Positions 36,375 to 46,258 of a DNA stretch of 46,258 nucleotides are shown here, piece after piece. The notes beneath the pieces were generated by a model. That model had not been told where the DNA came from, searched no databases, and saw nothing but the letters and a program-made list of their open reading frames with translations. This DNA is from an uncultured Nitrospira sp. (GTDB taxonomy: Bacteria > Nitrospirota > Nitrospiria > Nitrospirales > Nitrospiraceae): contig CAZNBG010000001.1 in assembly GCA_964570915.1 (NCBI GenBank), forward strand, positions 1 through 46,258. The letters run 5' to 3'. Numbering within the stretch: the stretch's first letter is position 1; each line of letters begins with the position of its first letter. A program made the translations under genes and the position numbers.

Positions 36375-38231
36375 TCACTTCCCGGCTTTTTTCGCCTTGC
36401 GGCGATCATCCGGGTTCAACAGCCGTTTTCGCAGGCGCAGGTTCTGCGGGGTCACTTCGACCAGTTCATCCGCTCCAATATACTCCAAGGCGAATTCCAG
36501 CGTCATTTCGCGTGGGGGAGTGAGGACTAAGGCTTCGTCGGAGCCGGATGCCCGCATGTTGGTCAGATGCTTCTCCTTGCACACATTCACGTCGAGGTCT
36601 TCGTCTCGGCTGTTTTGGCCCACGACCATTCCCCGGTAGACCTCTACCCCCGGTCCGATAAACATGGCACCGCGTTCCTGAGTCATGAAGATGGCATACC
36701 CCGTACTGGCCCCATCTTCAAAGGCGACCAGTGAGCCATGCGGCGCCACGATGAGATCCCGTTCTTCCGCCGGTTCATACGCCACAAACACGTGGTGCAT
36801 GATGACGGTTCCACGGGTTTTTGCAAGCAGGATGTTCTTGAGCCCCATGATGCCGCGCGTCGGAATGTGGTATTCCAGATGCATTTCACTGGTACCCACA
36901 TCGGAATGAATGAGCCGCATATGCCGCATTTCACCTCGGCGTTTTCCGATCTCTTCGATGACCGTGCCCTGATAATTCTCCGGCACCTGAATCGTCAACT
37001 CCTCGTAGGGCTCCATGACGGTGCCGCTTTCACGATGAAGAATGACTTCCGGTTGCGAGACTTGCAGCTCGTACCCTTCCCGCCGCATCTGCTCAATCAA
37101 CACGGCAAGATGAAGTTCGCCTCGGCCAGCCACGAGGAATCGATCCGCGCTGTCCGTCTCATTGACTCGCAGTGAGACGTTGGTCTCGAGTTCCTTGAAG
37201 AGCCGTTCACGCAGATGGCGTGACGTCAGGAATTTGCCTTCCCGCCCGGCGAAAGGGCTGTTGTTGACCGAAAAGGTCATCTGGACCGTCGGTTCATCGA
37301 TCGACACGCGGGGTAGAGCGACAGGTTGGTCGGCATCCGCGATCGTGTCGCCGATACTCACGTCATCCAGTCCCGCTACCGCGACGATTTCTCCGGCTTC
37401 GGCGTGTTCCGTATCGGTTCGTTCGAGGCCGGAATAGACGGCCAGGTCAGAGACCTTGCCGGGGATCTGCGCGCCATTTTTCCCCAACACCACGACATTC
37501 TGCCGCCGGGCGATCGATCCGGATTGAATCTTGCCGATGCCCATCTTGCCTTTATAGGCATCCTGGGCCAGGGCTAAGACGAGAATCTGAAGCGGCGCGT
37601 CGGCGCGGATAGCAGGGGCAGGGATTTTCTCCAGCACGACATCGAGCAGCGGGGCAATGGCGCTCCCGGGTTTATTGACATCGAGCGTTGCGGTGCCTTT
37701 GATCGCCGACGTGTAAACGATGGGGAAGTCGAGCTGTTCGTCAGTCGCTCCCAGATGGACGAAGAGGTCGAAGGTTCGGTTGACCACGTCGTCGATGACG
37801 GCATCCGGCCGATCGATCTTGTTGATGACGACAATGGCCTTGTGCCCGAGCGAGAGGGCCTTGCGCAATACAAAGGTGGTTTGCGGCATCGGGCCTTCTT
37901 TAGCATCAATCAGCAGCAGCACACCATCTACCATGCGGAGCGTCCGCTCCACTTCACCCCCGAAATCGGCATGCCCAGGGGTATCCACGATGTTGATCTT
38001 CACCCCGTTATAGACGACGCTGGCATTTTTGGCGCGAATCGTGATCCCGCGTTCTCGCTCTTGGTCCATCGAATCCAAGATGCGCTCACCCATGTCGTCG
38101 ATCTTGCGATGGACATGGGTTTGGCGAAGCAGCGCATCGACCAGGGTGGTTTTGCCGTGATCGACGTGGGCGATAATGGCGATGTTGCGGATATCGCTCC
38201 GACGGTCATGAGGGGCGCGTAAGGTCGTCAT
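36375..38231 (-). CDS. typA: Translational GTPase TypA/BipA
   Basis: [50 protein letters not shown]; probable start 38231. Confidence 0.97.
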   Translation of the reverse strand: MTTLRAPHDRRSDIRNIAIIAHVDHGKTTLVDALLRQTHVHRKIDDMGERILDSMDQERERGITIRAKNASVVYNGVKINIVDTPGHADFGGEVERTLRMVDGVLLLIDAKEGPMPQTTFVLRKALSLGHKAIVVINKIDRPDAVIDDVVNRTFDLFVHLGATDEQLDFPIVYTSAIKGTATLDVNKPGSAIAPLLDVVLEKIPAPAIRADAPLQILVLALAQDAYKGKMGIGKIQSGSIARRQNVVVLGKNGAQIPGKVSDLAVYSGLERTDTEHAEAGEIVAVAGLDDVSIGDTIADADQPVALPRVSIDEPTVQMTFSVNNSPFAGREGKFLTSRHLRERLFKELETNVSLRVNETDSADRFLVAGRGELHLAVLIEQMRREGYELQVSQPEVILHRESGTVMEPYEELTIQVPENYQGTVIEEIGKRRGEMRHMRLIHSDVGTSEMHLEYHIPTRGIMGLKNILLAKTRGTVIMHHVFVAYEPAEERDLIVAPHGSLVAFEDGASTGYAIFMTQERGAMFIGPGVEVYRGMVVGQNSRDEDLDVNVCKEKHLTNMRASGSDEALVLTPPREMTLEFALEYIGADELVEVTPQNLRLRKRLLNPDDRRKAKKAGK

Positions 38232-38254
38232 GATGAGGGTACTTCCGTAATGAC

Positions 38255-38284
38255 AAAAAAAAGACGCCTCATCACGGAGGCGTC
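38255..38284 (-). terminator. Intrinsic terminator within the typA 5' leader
   Basis: Minus strand GACGCCTC-CGTGAT-GAGGCGTC-TTTTTTTT ending 24 nt before the ATG. Confidence 0.7.
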
Positions 38285-38421
38285 GGCAGAAGTATACATG
38301 AGCACCGGGCGTCTCACAAGCGATCATTCAGGTGACATTGACGGCGGAAGCTTGAGTTTTGGAGAGACGCATTGTAAGGTTTTGTTAACCTCAGGTTCAC
38401 GTCTACTGGACTCCATACCCG

Positions 38422-40824
38422 ATGCCGAATGACGGTCGATTCGTAGAGAGGGCTTTGCAACGGCCACGCCGCAGGCGCCGGTGGCTGATTGTCTTGGTCA
38501 GTTTGGTGGCCACCACCATTGTCGGCGCGACGACGATCGCGGGAGTCATTTGGCATTTTGCGCAAGATCTGCCTTCGCTCGACCTGCTCCAAAACTATCA
38601 ACCCAGTCTGGTCACGACCGTCTACTCGGATGATCGCCGACCGATCGGACAATTCTTTATCGAACGCCGCATTCTGACGCCGCTCCCTGAGATTCCCAAA
38701 GCGCTGACGCAAGCGGTGATTGCGACGGAAGACGCGCGGTTTTTCGAGCATCCGGGGTTGGACGTGATCGGAATGTTGCGGGCGGCTTGGACCAACATTC
38801 GACATGGAGGCAAAAAAGTCGAAGGCGCGAGCACGATCACTCAACAGTTGGCCCGGTCGCTGTTTCTTTCGTCTGAACGCTCCTATGAACGCAAGATTCG
38901 GGAGCTGATTCTCGCCTATAAAATGGAGGTGGTCTCCGGCAAAGAGCAGATTCTCGAAACCTACTTGAACCAGATCTACTTTGGGCAGGGAGCCTATGGA
39001 GTGGCCTCGGCCGCTCAATCCTATTTCGGGAAAGACATTAGAACGCTGACGCTGGCCGAATCTGCGTTCTTGGCCGGATTACCCAAGTCTCCCAGCCGGT
39101 TTTCTCCCTTTACCGCGTATGAGCTGGCGAAGAAGCGGCAAGAGCATGTGCTCAGTCGCATGGAGGAGGTCGGGTTTATTACCGCAGCCGAGCGGGAAGT
39201 GGCCGCTCAGGAGAAATTGGATTTCCACCGACCTGGGAGCGAGCATCTTGCGCCATACTTCGTCGAATATGTCCGCCAATTGCTCGTCGCAAAATACGGT
39301 GAGTCGATGGTGTACAAGGGCGGTCTCCAAATCTATACGACCTTGAATTTGGAGATGCAGAAAGCGGCCGAAGCAGCATTCTTGAACGGGATTCGCGAGC
39401 TCGACAAACGAGAAGGGTGGCGAGGACCTCGACGAACAGTGGACTTGGCGACTGTCCAGCCCTCCCAGCCAGCCTCGACGGAGCAACCGCTGAAGTCGGG
39501 GAGTTTGGGCGAAGGGGTCGTTTTGAGGGTGGCAAAGGATCACTATGTGGTTCAGGTCGGGGCATTTACCGCGAAACTAGCGTTCGACGACATGGCGTGG
39601 GCGAAGCGGATTCTCAAAGGACAGGATCCCACGGTCGAGTTCGTCGTCAATCCCAATCTGAAGCAAATCCTGAAGCCGGGAGATGTCGTTGAAATCGGGA
39701 TCAAAAAGCTCACGAAAGAAGGGATTCAGCTCACTCTGGAGCAGACACCGATCGTCGAGGGGGGGCTGATTGCAATCGATCCGAAAGGAGGCGCCATACG
39801 GGCGATGGTCGGAGGCTATGATTTTTCCCGCAGCGAGTACAACCGTGCGGTCCAGGCACATCGGCAACCTGGATCGGCGTTTAAGCCGCTGATTTATGCC
39901 ACGGCGATGAGTCAGGGGTTGAGTCCGGCCACCCAGATTCTCGACGCCCCGGTCGTGTATGAGCAGGAAGAAGACGAAAAAATTTGGAAGCCCGAGAACT
40001 ATGGACGAAAGTTCCACGGCATGGTGAGTCTCCGAGATGCATTGGCGCATTCGCACAATCTTGCGACAGTTCGATTGTTGGACAAGGTCGGAGTGAAGAA
40101 CGTAATCGAATTTTCGAGATCAGTCGGAGTTACCAGTCCGCTCCCTGCCGATCTATCCCTGGGGCTTGGTTCGTCATCGGTCGGCTTGATGGAGTTGACG
40201 TCGGTGTATGGCGTATTTTTGAATCAGGGGAGTCGAGTGGAGCCTTTTGCCGTCAAATTAGTAAAAGATAATACCGGTAACACAGTCGAAGTGGTCGAAT
40301 CCGAACCCCATGAAGTCATTGCCAAAGAGACAGCCTACCTGATCACCAACATGATGGAAGATGTCGTACAGAAGGGCACCGGGCAGGCCGCAAAAGTTCT
40401 GGATCGTCCGATCGCGGGGAAAACCGGCACAACAAACGACTACATCAATGCCTGGTTCATCGGTGGCACGCCGAACTTGGTCACGGGCGTGTACGTCGGG
40501 TTCGACGACCGCCGTTCGCTGGGGGAGAGCGAAACGGGGGCTCGTTCGGCGTTGCCGATCTGGATCGCCTTCATGAAAGAGGCCCTCAAACAGCTTCCCG
40601 TCGTGCCGTTCGAAATCCCGGACGGTGTGACCTTTGTAAAAGTTGACTCCTCGACGGGACTGTTGGAGTCGGAACAGGAAGGGGAAGGACAAAAGGGAAC
40701 GGTGGAACTCTTTGCGAAGGGCAGCGAGCCAACCCAAGCGGCTCAACGTCGAGTGGATCCAACGGATTTCTATAAGCTTGATCAGATTCCCGAGGGACAA
40801 CCGGCCGGAGAAGGCGGTTTCTAG
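38422..40824 (+). CDS. mrcA: Class A penicillin-binding protein 1A
   Basis: N-terminal TM, EDARFFEH, GASTITQQ, RKIRE, YLNQIYFG; transpeptidase SAFK, SHN and KTG motifs. Confidence 0.95.
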   Translation: MPNDGRFVERALQRPRRRRRWLIVLVSLVATTIVGATTIAGVIWHFAQDLPSLDLLQNYQPSLVTTVYSDDRRPIGQFFIERRILTPLPEIPKALTQAVIATEDARFFEHPGLDVIGMLRAAWTNIRHGGKKVEGASTITQQLARSLFLSSERSYERKIRELILAYKMEVVSGKEQILETYLNQIYFGQGAYGVASAAQSYFGKDIRTLTLAESAFLAGLPKSPSRFSPFTAYELAKKRQEHVLSRMEEVGFITAAEREVAAQEKLDFHRPGSEHLAPYFVEYVRQLLVAKYGESMVYKGGLQIYTTLNLEMQKAAEAAFLNGIRELDKREGWRGPRRTVDLATVQPSQPASTEQPLKSGSLGEGVVLRVAKDHYVVQVGAFTAKLAFDDMAWAKRILKGQDPTVEFVVNPNLKQILKPGDVVEIGIKKLTKEGIQLTLEQTPIVEGGLIAIDPKGGAIRAMVGGYDFSRSEYNRAVQAHRQPGSAFKPLIYATAMSQGLSPATQILDAPVVYEQEEDEKIWKPENYGRKFHGMVSLRDALAHSHNLATVRLLDKVGVKNVIEFSRSVGVTSPLPADLSLGLGSSSVGLMELTSVYGVFLNQGSRVEPFAVKLVKDNTGNTVEVVESEPHEVIAKETAYLITNMMEDVVQKGTGQAAKVLDRPIAGKTGTTNDYINAWFIGGTPNLVTGVYVGFDDRRSLGESETGARSALPIWIAFMKEALKQLPVVPFEIPDGVTFVKVDSSTGLLESEQEGEGQKGTVELFAKGSEPTQAAQRRVDPTDFYKLDQIPEGQPAGEGGF

Positions 40825-40833
40825 CGTCTCCGG

Positions 40834-41046
40834 CTACGACGTTGAGTCTCGATACTCCTCATGCCAGGCCATTTGAATCGTTTCCAAAATCTTCTCGTTC
40901 GACTTCTTCGGGTCGTCCTTAAACTCCGGCAGCGCAACGATCCAGGCATGCATATCCGTAAAGCGCACGGTCAGCGGGTCCGTCTTGGGGTGTTCTTCCA
41001 CCAACCGTATGGCGATATCTTCTACGTCTTGCCACTTGAGATTCAT
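40834..41046 (-). CDS. iscX: Fe-S assembly protein IscX
   Basis: LKWQDVEDIA..DPLTVRFTD..SNEKILETIQMAW. Confidence 0.93.
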   Translation of the reverse strand: MNLKWQDVEDIAIRLVEEHPKTDPLTVRFTDMHAWIVALPEFKDDPKKSNEKILETIQMAWHEEYRDSTS

Positions 41047-41100
41047 GGTTCCCTCATCTCTCGTCGTCCGTGAGGCAGGTGGTAATGGCGGTAGGTCTTC

Positions 41101-42921
41101 CTACGACACCTCGGATACCTTCTTTCCCTGCAGACTTTTCTTGAGCGAATTGTCCAGCATCACGACATTCAAGTGCTTCGCTGCTTGCTCAAGCACAGCC
41201 ATGTGTGCACGGATGGGACGAGGATCCGTACCGTCCTTTGCAAGAGACAACTGAGAGAGTGCCGCACGAATGCCATCGCCTTCTTCCGGTGCAATCAGAT
41301 GTCCCGCTTCGACGAGCGATTTGTCGGTCGTCTTCATCAACGCTTCGGCGTCCAGTCGAGCCTCGATCAGCTTCCGGGCGTTGATATCCTCCGTGGCAAA
41401 CTTGAACGAATCTTCGATCATTCGCTCAACTTCCGTGTCCGAGAGTCCGTACGATGGCTTGACGTCGATCGACTGACTTTGGCCCGTCCGCATGTCCTTT
41501 GCTGTCACGTTCAAGATCCCATTGGCATCGATCAAAAAGGTCACTTCGATGCGCGGCACGCCTGCGGGGAGGGGCGGCACTTTGAGGCGAAATCGCGCGA
41601 GACTCCGATTGTCTTTGACGAGTTCGCGCTCGCCCTGCAGAATATGAATGTCCACTCCGGTCTGGCCGTCAACATAGGTCGTGAACATTTCTTTGGCGCT
41701 TGCTGGAATGGTCGTGTTCCGACGGATCAAGCTGCTCATGACCCCGCCCATCGTTTCGATGCCGAGAGACAAGGGCGTCACGTCCAAGAGCAACATGTCT
41801 GTCGTCCCGCCGCTCAGAATATCGGCTTGAACAGCCGCGCCAAGTGCGACAACTTCGTCCGGATTCAAGTGGCAATGCGGCGGCTTTCCGAACAGCGCTT
41901 CCACACGTTGCCGAACCAGCGGCATACGGGTCGAGCCTCCCACCAAGACGACTTCGTCGATGTCCTTCGATGTGAGCCCGGCGTCTTTTAACGCCATGCG
42001 GCAGGGAGCCAATGTGCGTTCGATGACGCCCATCGTCAGGGATTCGAGCTGATCACGTGTCAGCTCTCTGGTAAAACATCCCTTGTCTTCCGGTAACTCC
42101 ACTGTGACCTCGGTCTTCAGCTCATCGGACAAGCGGACCTTGGCGCGTTCCGCCTCCAACCGAATCGCCTGCATGTGATCGGGGTAGTTTCCGACGTCGA
42201 TCCCATGCCGGGTTCGGATTTCTGTGACAAACAGATCGACCAGCAGACGATCGAGGTCGTCTCCTCCGAGATGTGTGTCACCATTGGTCGCCAGAACCTC
42301 AAAAATGCCGTCTTTCAACTTCAATATCGATATGTCAAACGTACCACCGCCGAAATCATAGACCGCGATCGTGCCTTGCGTGTTTTTCTGAAGCCCATAG
42401 GCCAGAGAAGCAGCGGTTGGCTCATTAATGATGCGCAACACCTCCAACCCGGCAATGAGGCCGGCATCTTTCGTCGCCTGGCGCTGGCTGTCGTTGAAGT
42501 AGGCCGGGACGGTGATGACAGTTTTCGTGATGCTTTCGTTGAGGTAGGCCTCCGCACGCAGCTTCAATTCCTTGAGGATCATGGCGGAGATCTGCGGCGG
42601 TGAGTAGCTCTTGTGGCCGAGACGGATCCGAATGACGCCGCCGGTCTCGGTCAGATTGTATGGGAAATACGCCAGCTCGTTCTGAACATCGGCCAGTCCC
42701 TTGCCCATGAATCGCTTCACGGAGTAGACCGTCCGCTCCGGGTTCCGCGTCAGATGTTCTTTCGCGGGATCTCCGACAATCAAGCCATTGTCCGTCAAGG
42801 CGACGACCGAAGGCACCATCGTCCGGCCGTGACGGTCAGGAACGACGCAGGGCTGGCCGTCCTTCATGTAGGCGACCAGTGAATTCGTGGTGCCGAGGTC
42901 AATACCGACTATGCGTGCCAT
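41101..42921 (-). CDS. hscA: Fe-S assembly Hsp70 chaperone HscA
   Basis: GIDLGTTNS, TVPAYF, DFGGGTFD, DVKPSYGL; isc operon context. Confidence 0.92.
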   Translation of the reverse strand: MARIVGIDLGTTNSLVAYMKDGQPCVVPDRHGRTMVPSVVALTDNGLIVGDPAKEHLTRNPERTVYSVKRFMGKGLADVQNELAYFPYNLTETGGVIRIRLGHKSYSPPQISAMILKELKLRAEAYLNESITKTVITVPAYFNDSQRQATKDAGLIAGLEVLRIINEPTAASLAYGLQKNTQGTIAVYDFGGGTFDISILKLKDGIFEVLATNGDTHLGGDDLDRLLVDLFVTEIRTRHGIDVGNYPDHMQAIRLEAERAKVRLSDELKTEVTVELPEDKGCFTRELTRDQLESLTMGVIERTLAPCRMALKDAGLTSKDIDEVVLVGGSTRMPLVRQRVEALFGKPPHCHLNPDEVVALGAAVQADILSGGTTDMLLLDVTPLSLGIETMGGVMSSLIRRNTTIPASAKEMFTTYVDGQTGVDIHILQGERELVKDNRSLARFRLKVPPLPAGVPRIEVTFLIDANGILNVTAKDMRTGQSQSIDVKPSYGLSDTEVERMIEDSFKFATEDINARKLIEARLDAEALMKTTDKSLVEAGHLIAPEEGDGIRAALSQLSLAKDGTDPRPIRAHMAVLEQAAKHLNVVMLDNSLKKSLQGKKVSEVS

Positions 42922-42946
42922 ATCAAAGACGCTACAAGAGGTTTCC

Positions 42947-43669
42947 TTACTCGATTGTTGCAGCCAGATCGTCGACGATGTTGTTGATGTATGTCCGATG
43001 CGAGAGGAGATCGCGCATCTGTTTCAAGATGCGGTCCCGCTCGGCTCTCGCCTGGCTCGTGGCTTCTCCACGGTCCTGCAGCGTATCCCAGTCCGTAAAC
43101 AGCTGCCGAAGTTGAGACTCCATTTCTTCCTTACGTTGCTCCAATGCCTGTTGTTCTGTCTGAAGCGCAGTGCGGAGACGATGACCATTGTCGGAGTCAC
43201 GATCCGATCCCCGGTATTCCTCCAGGGTGTCCTGCAATTCCAGAATCTCCTCGAAGAGGTCGGCCGGGGGAGAGGTCCTAATGTCTTTGACCGAACCGGC
43301 TTCAAGACCCAAGAGATACTCAGCGCGTTGGATAGGGTCACGAAGTGTGCGATAGGCCGTATTAAGGACGGCGGCGTTGCTGAGGCTGATCGTCTGTTCC
43401 GTCGGACTCTTGGTCTGATAAAAATCTGGATGAAAGGCCCGGCTCAGTTCGTAGAATTTGGCTTCCAGTTGCTGCGGATCCAGTGAGAGACGCCGTGGAA
43501 CCCCCAAACAGCTAAAGTAATCGGTGTCCTTCGAAACGGGCTGGACCTTCACACACCGCTCACAAAAGTATTCTCCCGACATCTCGGATTGGCAATGCCA
43601 GCACATGCTCCGTGCCATCTGCAGCTGGCGACGGGTATCGGGATGGGCCGGTGGTTGATTGTTATCCAT
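42947..43669 (-). CDS. hscB: J-domain co-chaperone HscB with N-terminal tetracysteine motif
   Basis: CWHC...CERC, FHPDF, NTAYRTLRDPIQRAEYLL; start uncertain. Confidence 0.92.
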   Translation of the reverse strand: MDNNQPPAHPDTRRQLQMARSMCWHCQSEMSGEYFCERCVKVQPVSKDTDYFSCLGVPRRLSLDPQQLEAKFYELSRAFHPDFYQTKSPTEQTISLSNAAVLNTAYRTLRDPIQRAEYLLGLEAGSVKDIRTSPPADLFEEILELQDTLEEYRGSDRDSDNGHRLRTALQTEQQALEQRKEEMESQLRQLFTDWDTLQDRGEATSQARAERDRILKQMRDLLSHRTYINNIVDDLAATIE

Positions 43670-43673
43670 GAGC

Positions 43674-43704
43674 AAAAACGGGCATGGCGCACGCACCATG
43701 CCCG
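43674..43704 (-). terminator. Terminator-like hairpin between iscA and hscB
   Basis: Minus strand CGGGCATGG-N8-CCATGCCCG-TTTTT. Confidence 0.65.
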
Positions 43705-43729
43705 GTCGGTTTCTCCTCCTCGTTTCGAA

Positions 43730-44086
43730 TCAAGCTGAGAACGATTCTCCGCAGCCGCAGGTCTTGTTGGCGTTCGGGTTGATGAACTTGAAGTTCCCGC
43801 CCATGAGATCTTTTTGGTAATCCAACTGGGTGCCCTGGAGATAGATGGCGCTCTTGGCGTCGACGATCACTTTGACGCCGTCGTACTCATACACCTGGTC
43901 GTATTGTCCGATCTTGTCGTCAAAATTGATCGTGTAACTCAAACCCGAACAGCCGCCGCCTTTGACGCCCAGGCGAAGTCCGCCTTCCTCAATCCCTTGT
44001 ACATTGACCAGCCGCTTGACTTCTTTCAAGGCCGCATCGGTGAGCGAGATGATCGGAGCCGGAGTCTCTACATTCGTGGTGTCCAT
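43730..44086 (-). CDS. iscA: A-type Fe-S carrier IscA
   Basis: GGGCSGLSY and NPNANKTCGCGESF. Confidence 0.95.
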   Translation of the reverse strand: MDTTNVETPAPIISLTDAALKEVKRLVNVQGIEEGGLRLGVKGGGCSGLSYTINFDDKIGQYDQVYEYDGVKVIVDAKSAIYLQGTQLDYQKDLMGGNFKFINPNANKTCGCGESFSA

Positions 44087-44107
44087 GTGGCGCCCCCTTC
44101 ATGGTGG

Positions 44108-44506
44108 TTACTTGGTGCCGGTCGGCTCCACGTCGGCCTTTTTCTGATAATCGGCTAACGCAGCTTTGATGGCATCTTCCGCCAGGACCGAGCAGTGAAT
44201 TTTCACGGGTGGAAGATTCAGCTCCTGCACAATGTCCGTATTCTTGATCTTCTGGGCTTCCTCGATCGTTTTCCCCTTGAGCCATTCGGTGGCCAAGCTG
44301 GAACTGGCAATTGCCGAGCCGCAGCCGAAGGTCTTGAACTTCGCATCGACGATCGTATCGTTCTGCACCTTGATCTGCAGCTTCATGACGTCCCCGCACT
44401 CCGGGGCTCCCACCATGCCGGTGCCCACGCCTTCTTCGTCCTTCTTAAAGCTCCCCATGTTGCGAGGATTGTTGAAATGATCGACGACTTTATCGCTGTA
44501 GGACAT
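44108..44506 (-). CDS. iscU: Fe-S scaffold IscU
   Basis: GAPECGD, FGCGSAIA, LPPVKIHCS. Confidence 0.97.
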   Translation of the reverse strand: MSYSDKVVDHFNNPRNMGSFKKDEEGVGTGMVGAPECGDVMKLQIKVQNDTIVDAKFKTFGCGSAIASSSLATEWLKGKTIEEAQKIKNTDIVQELNLPPVKIHCSVLAEDAIKAALADYQKKADVEPTGTK

Positions 44507-44536
44507 AGTATCCTCCGAATTTGCGTTGTATGTGAG

Positions 44537-45754
44537 TTAGTGTGCCGCCCATTGGACGGATTTTAGGTCCACGCCTTCTTTCGCCATTTCATAGAGCGGA
44601 GACATTTCCCGCAGCTTGGTCACTACCTCAATAACCTTCTTGATCGTATAGTCAATCTCATCATCGGTGTTGAAACGGCCCAAACCGAAGCGGATCGAGG
44701 AGTGAGCGAGCTCGGTTCCGACGCCGAGTGCGCGCAACACATAGGAAGGCTCCAGTGTGGCCGACGTGCACGCCGAACCGGACGAGAGCGCGATGTCCTT
44801 CATGCCCATGAGCAGCGACTCTCCTTCGACGTAGGCGAACGAAATGTTGAGGTTGCCCGGCAAACGGTTCGTCGGGTGGCCGTTGAGATAACTGTCTTCG
44901 AGGGCCGCCATAATATCGGCCTGAAGGCGGTCGCGCATCTTCGTCAACCTGGCCGCTTCCGATGCCATCTCCTGCTCGCAGACTTCACAGGCCTTTCCGA
45001 ATCCGACGATCAACGGTACCGCTAAGGTACCAGACCGCATACCGCGTTCATGTCCTCCTCCGTCCATCTGGGCCGCAATCCGTACGCGGGGATTCCTCTT
45101 TCTGACGTAGAGCGCACCGATTCCCTTGGGTCCATAAATCTTGTGGGCTGAAAACGACATGAGATCAATGCCCATGGCTTGTACATCGACGGGAATTTTG
45201 CCGACGCCCTGCGTGGCATCGCAATGAAACAGGATCCCTCTCGCTTTCGCGATCTTGCCGATTTCCTGGATGGGATTGATCGAACCGATCTCGTTATTGG
45301 CGAGCATGACCGAGATCAGGATCGTCTTATCTGTGATGGCCTTCTCGACATCTTGCGGATTGACCATCCCGTTTTTGTCGACCGACAAATAGGTTGTGGT
45401 CGCCAGTCCCTTGGCTTCCAGGGACTTGGCCGTATCGAGCACCGCTCGATGTTCCGTGGTTGCGGTGATGATGTGGGTGCCTTTTTCCTTGTACATCTCC
45501 AAGACGCCCTTCAGGGCCAGATTGTCCGATTCAGTGGCACCGCTGGTGAAGACGATCTCTTTTGCGTCGGCCTTGATGAGCCGCGCAATCTGTTTGCGGC
45601 CCAGCTCCACCGCTTCTTCTGCCGCCCAGCCAAAGGCATGATTCCGGCTGGCGGCATTGCCGAACTTCTCGGTGAAATACGGCAGCATGGCTTCCAGAAC
45701 TCGTGGGTCCATGGGGGTAGTGGAATGATTATCGAGGAAAATAGGAAACTTCAT
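44537..45754 (-). CDS. iscS: Cysteine desulfurase IscS
   Basis: [13 protein letters not shown] lysine, SSGSACTS, C-terminal MSPLYEM..W..H. Confidence 0.97.
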   Translation of the reverse strand: MKFPIFLDNHSTTPMDPRVLEAMLPYFTEKFGNAASRNHAFGWAAEEAVELGRKQIARLIKADAKEIVFTSGATESDNLALKGVLEMYKEKGTHIITATTEHRAVLDTAKSLEAKGLATTTYLSVDKNGMVNPQDVEKAITDKTILISVMLANNEIGSINPIQEIGKIAKARGILFHCDATQGVGKIPVDVQAMGIDLMSFSAHKIYGPKGIGALYVRKRNPRVRIAAQMDGGGHERGMRSGTLAVPLIVGFGKACEVCEQEMASEAARLTKMRDRLQADIMAALEDSYLNGHPTNRLPGNLNISFAYVEGESLLMGMKDIALSSGSACTSATLEPSYVLRALGVGTELAHSSIRFGLGRFNTDDEIDYTIKKVIEVVTKLREMSPLYEMAKEGVDLKSVQWAAH

Positions 45755-46230
45755 CGTTCAACTCCTTGTGCTGAGGGAGACTGGATCGTAATAAGGGGTG
45801 TGCCGCCCATCATGTCTTCCAACGTCATATTGTTCAGTAACTGGTGGATGCTGCCTTGGATCTTCAGCAACGGTGTGCGGATGTTACAGTGCTCGCGCTG
45901 CATACAGAATTCGCCCTCTTTCTCATGCGAGCAGTCGGTGATACCGAGAGGGCCCTCGATGCTTTCGAGGATCTGTGCGATTGTGATTTGTCTGGCACTG
46001 CGTGCCAGAAGGTAGCCCCCCTTCGGGCCATTGTGACTTTCGATCATGCCGTTCTTTGAGAGGACCTGGAGGACCTTCGCCAACAATTCCAATGGAATGT
46101 TATATTCCTCGGCGATCTCTTTCGTATTCACAACTCTGCCCGGGGTGATATCTCCGAATTGCACAGAAGCGATGTGTTGGAGTGCCATCAGTGCGTAGTC
46201 AGCTTTTTTTGAAATCTTTAACATCTCCAT
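45751..46230 (-). CDS. iscR: Rrf2 family regulator (IscR-like)
   Basis: [10 protein letters not shown], three Cys (C-x8-C-x5-C), first gene of the isc operon. Confidence 0.8.
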   Translation of the reverse strand: MEMLKISKKADYALMALQHIASVQFGDITPGRVVNTKEIAEEYNIPLELLAKVLQVLSKNGMIESHNGPKGGYLLARSARQITIAQILESIEGPLGITDCSHEKEGEFCMQREHCNIRTPLLKIQGSIHQLLNNMTLEDMMGGTPLITIQSPSAQGVER

Positions 46231-46258
46231 TGCCGATAACTTAGATCGGAGACTATAA

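Noticed and set aside
41101-42921. dnaK
   Set aside because: isc context and the VKPSYGL motif indicate HscA
1-46258. tRNA, rRNA, transposase, integrase or prophage genes
   Set aside because: No such signatures recognised by eye; tRNAscan-SE and Rfam scans would be needed to exclude small RNAs formally

Overview
A 46 kb, roughly 56% GC bacterial chromosomal segment; gene content and protein style suggest Nitrospira (Nitrospirota), which is an inference from recognition only. The left two thirds are mostly stress genes: a glutathionyl-hydroquinone reductase, CBS and universal stress proteins, a GT4-MFS-BON-MFS-glycogen-debranching-like operon, catalase, an APH-like kinase plus APS-kinase-like pair, PPi-type phosphofructokinase, a rubrerythrin-FeS oxidoreductase-DUF3501 cluster, peroxiredoxin/thioredoxin and a higBA-like toxin-antitoxin pair. 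Several of these lie behind sigma54 -24/-12 motifs. The right end is housekeeping: typA, PBP1A and an iscR-iscS-iscU-iscA-hscB-hscA-iscX operon lacking fdx. The most unusual items are (i) a divergent ECF-sigma-like protein with a C-terminal ZAS zinc motif followed by a membrane anti-sigma-like protein that lacks one (5265-7392), (ii) a 160-bp-period duplicated promoter-like element enclosing a CCUCC-rich candidate sRNA (2642-2876), and (iii) a probable attenuator in the typA leader. No rRNA, tRNA, CRISPR array, transposase or integrase was seen.
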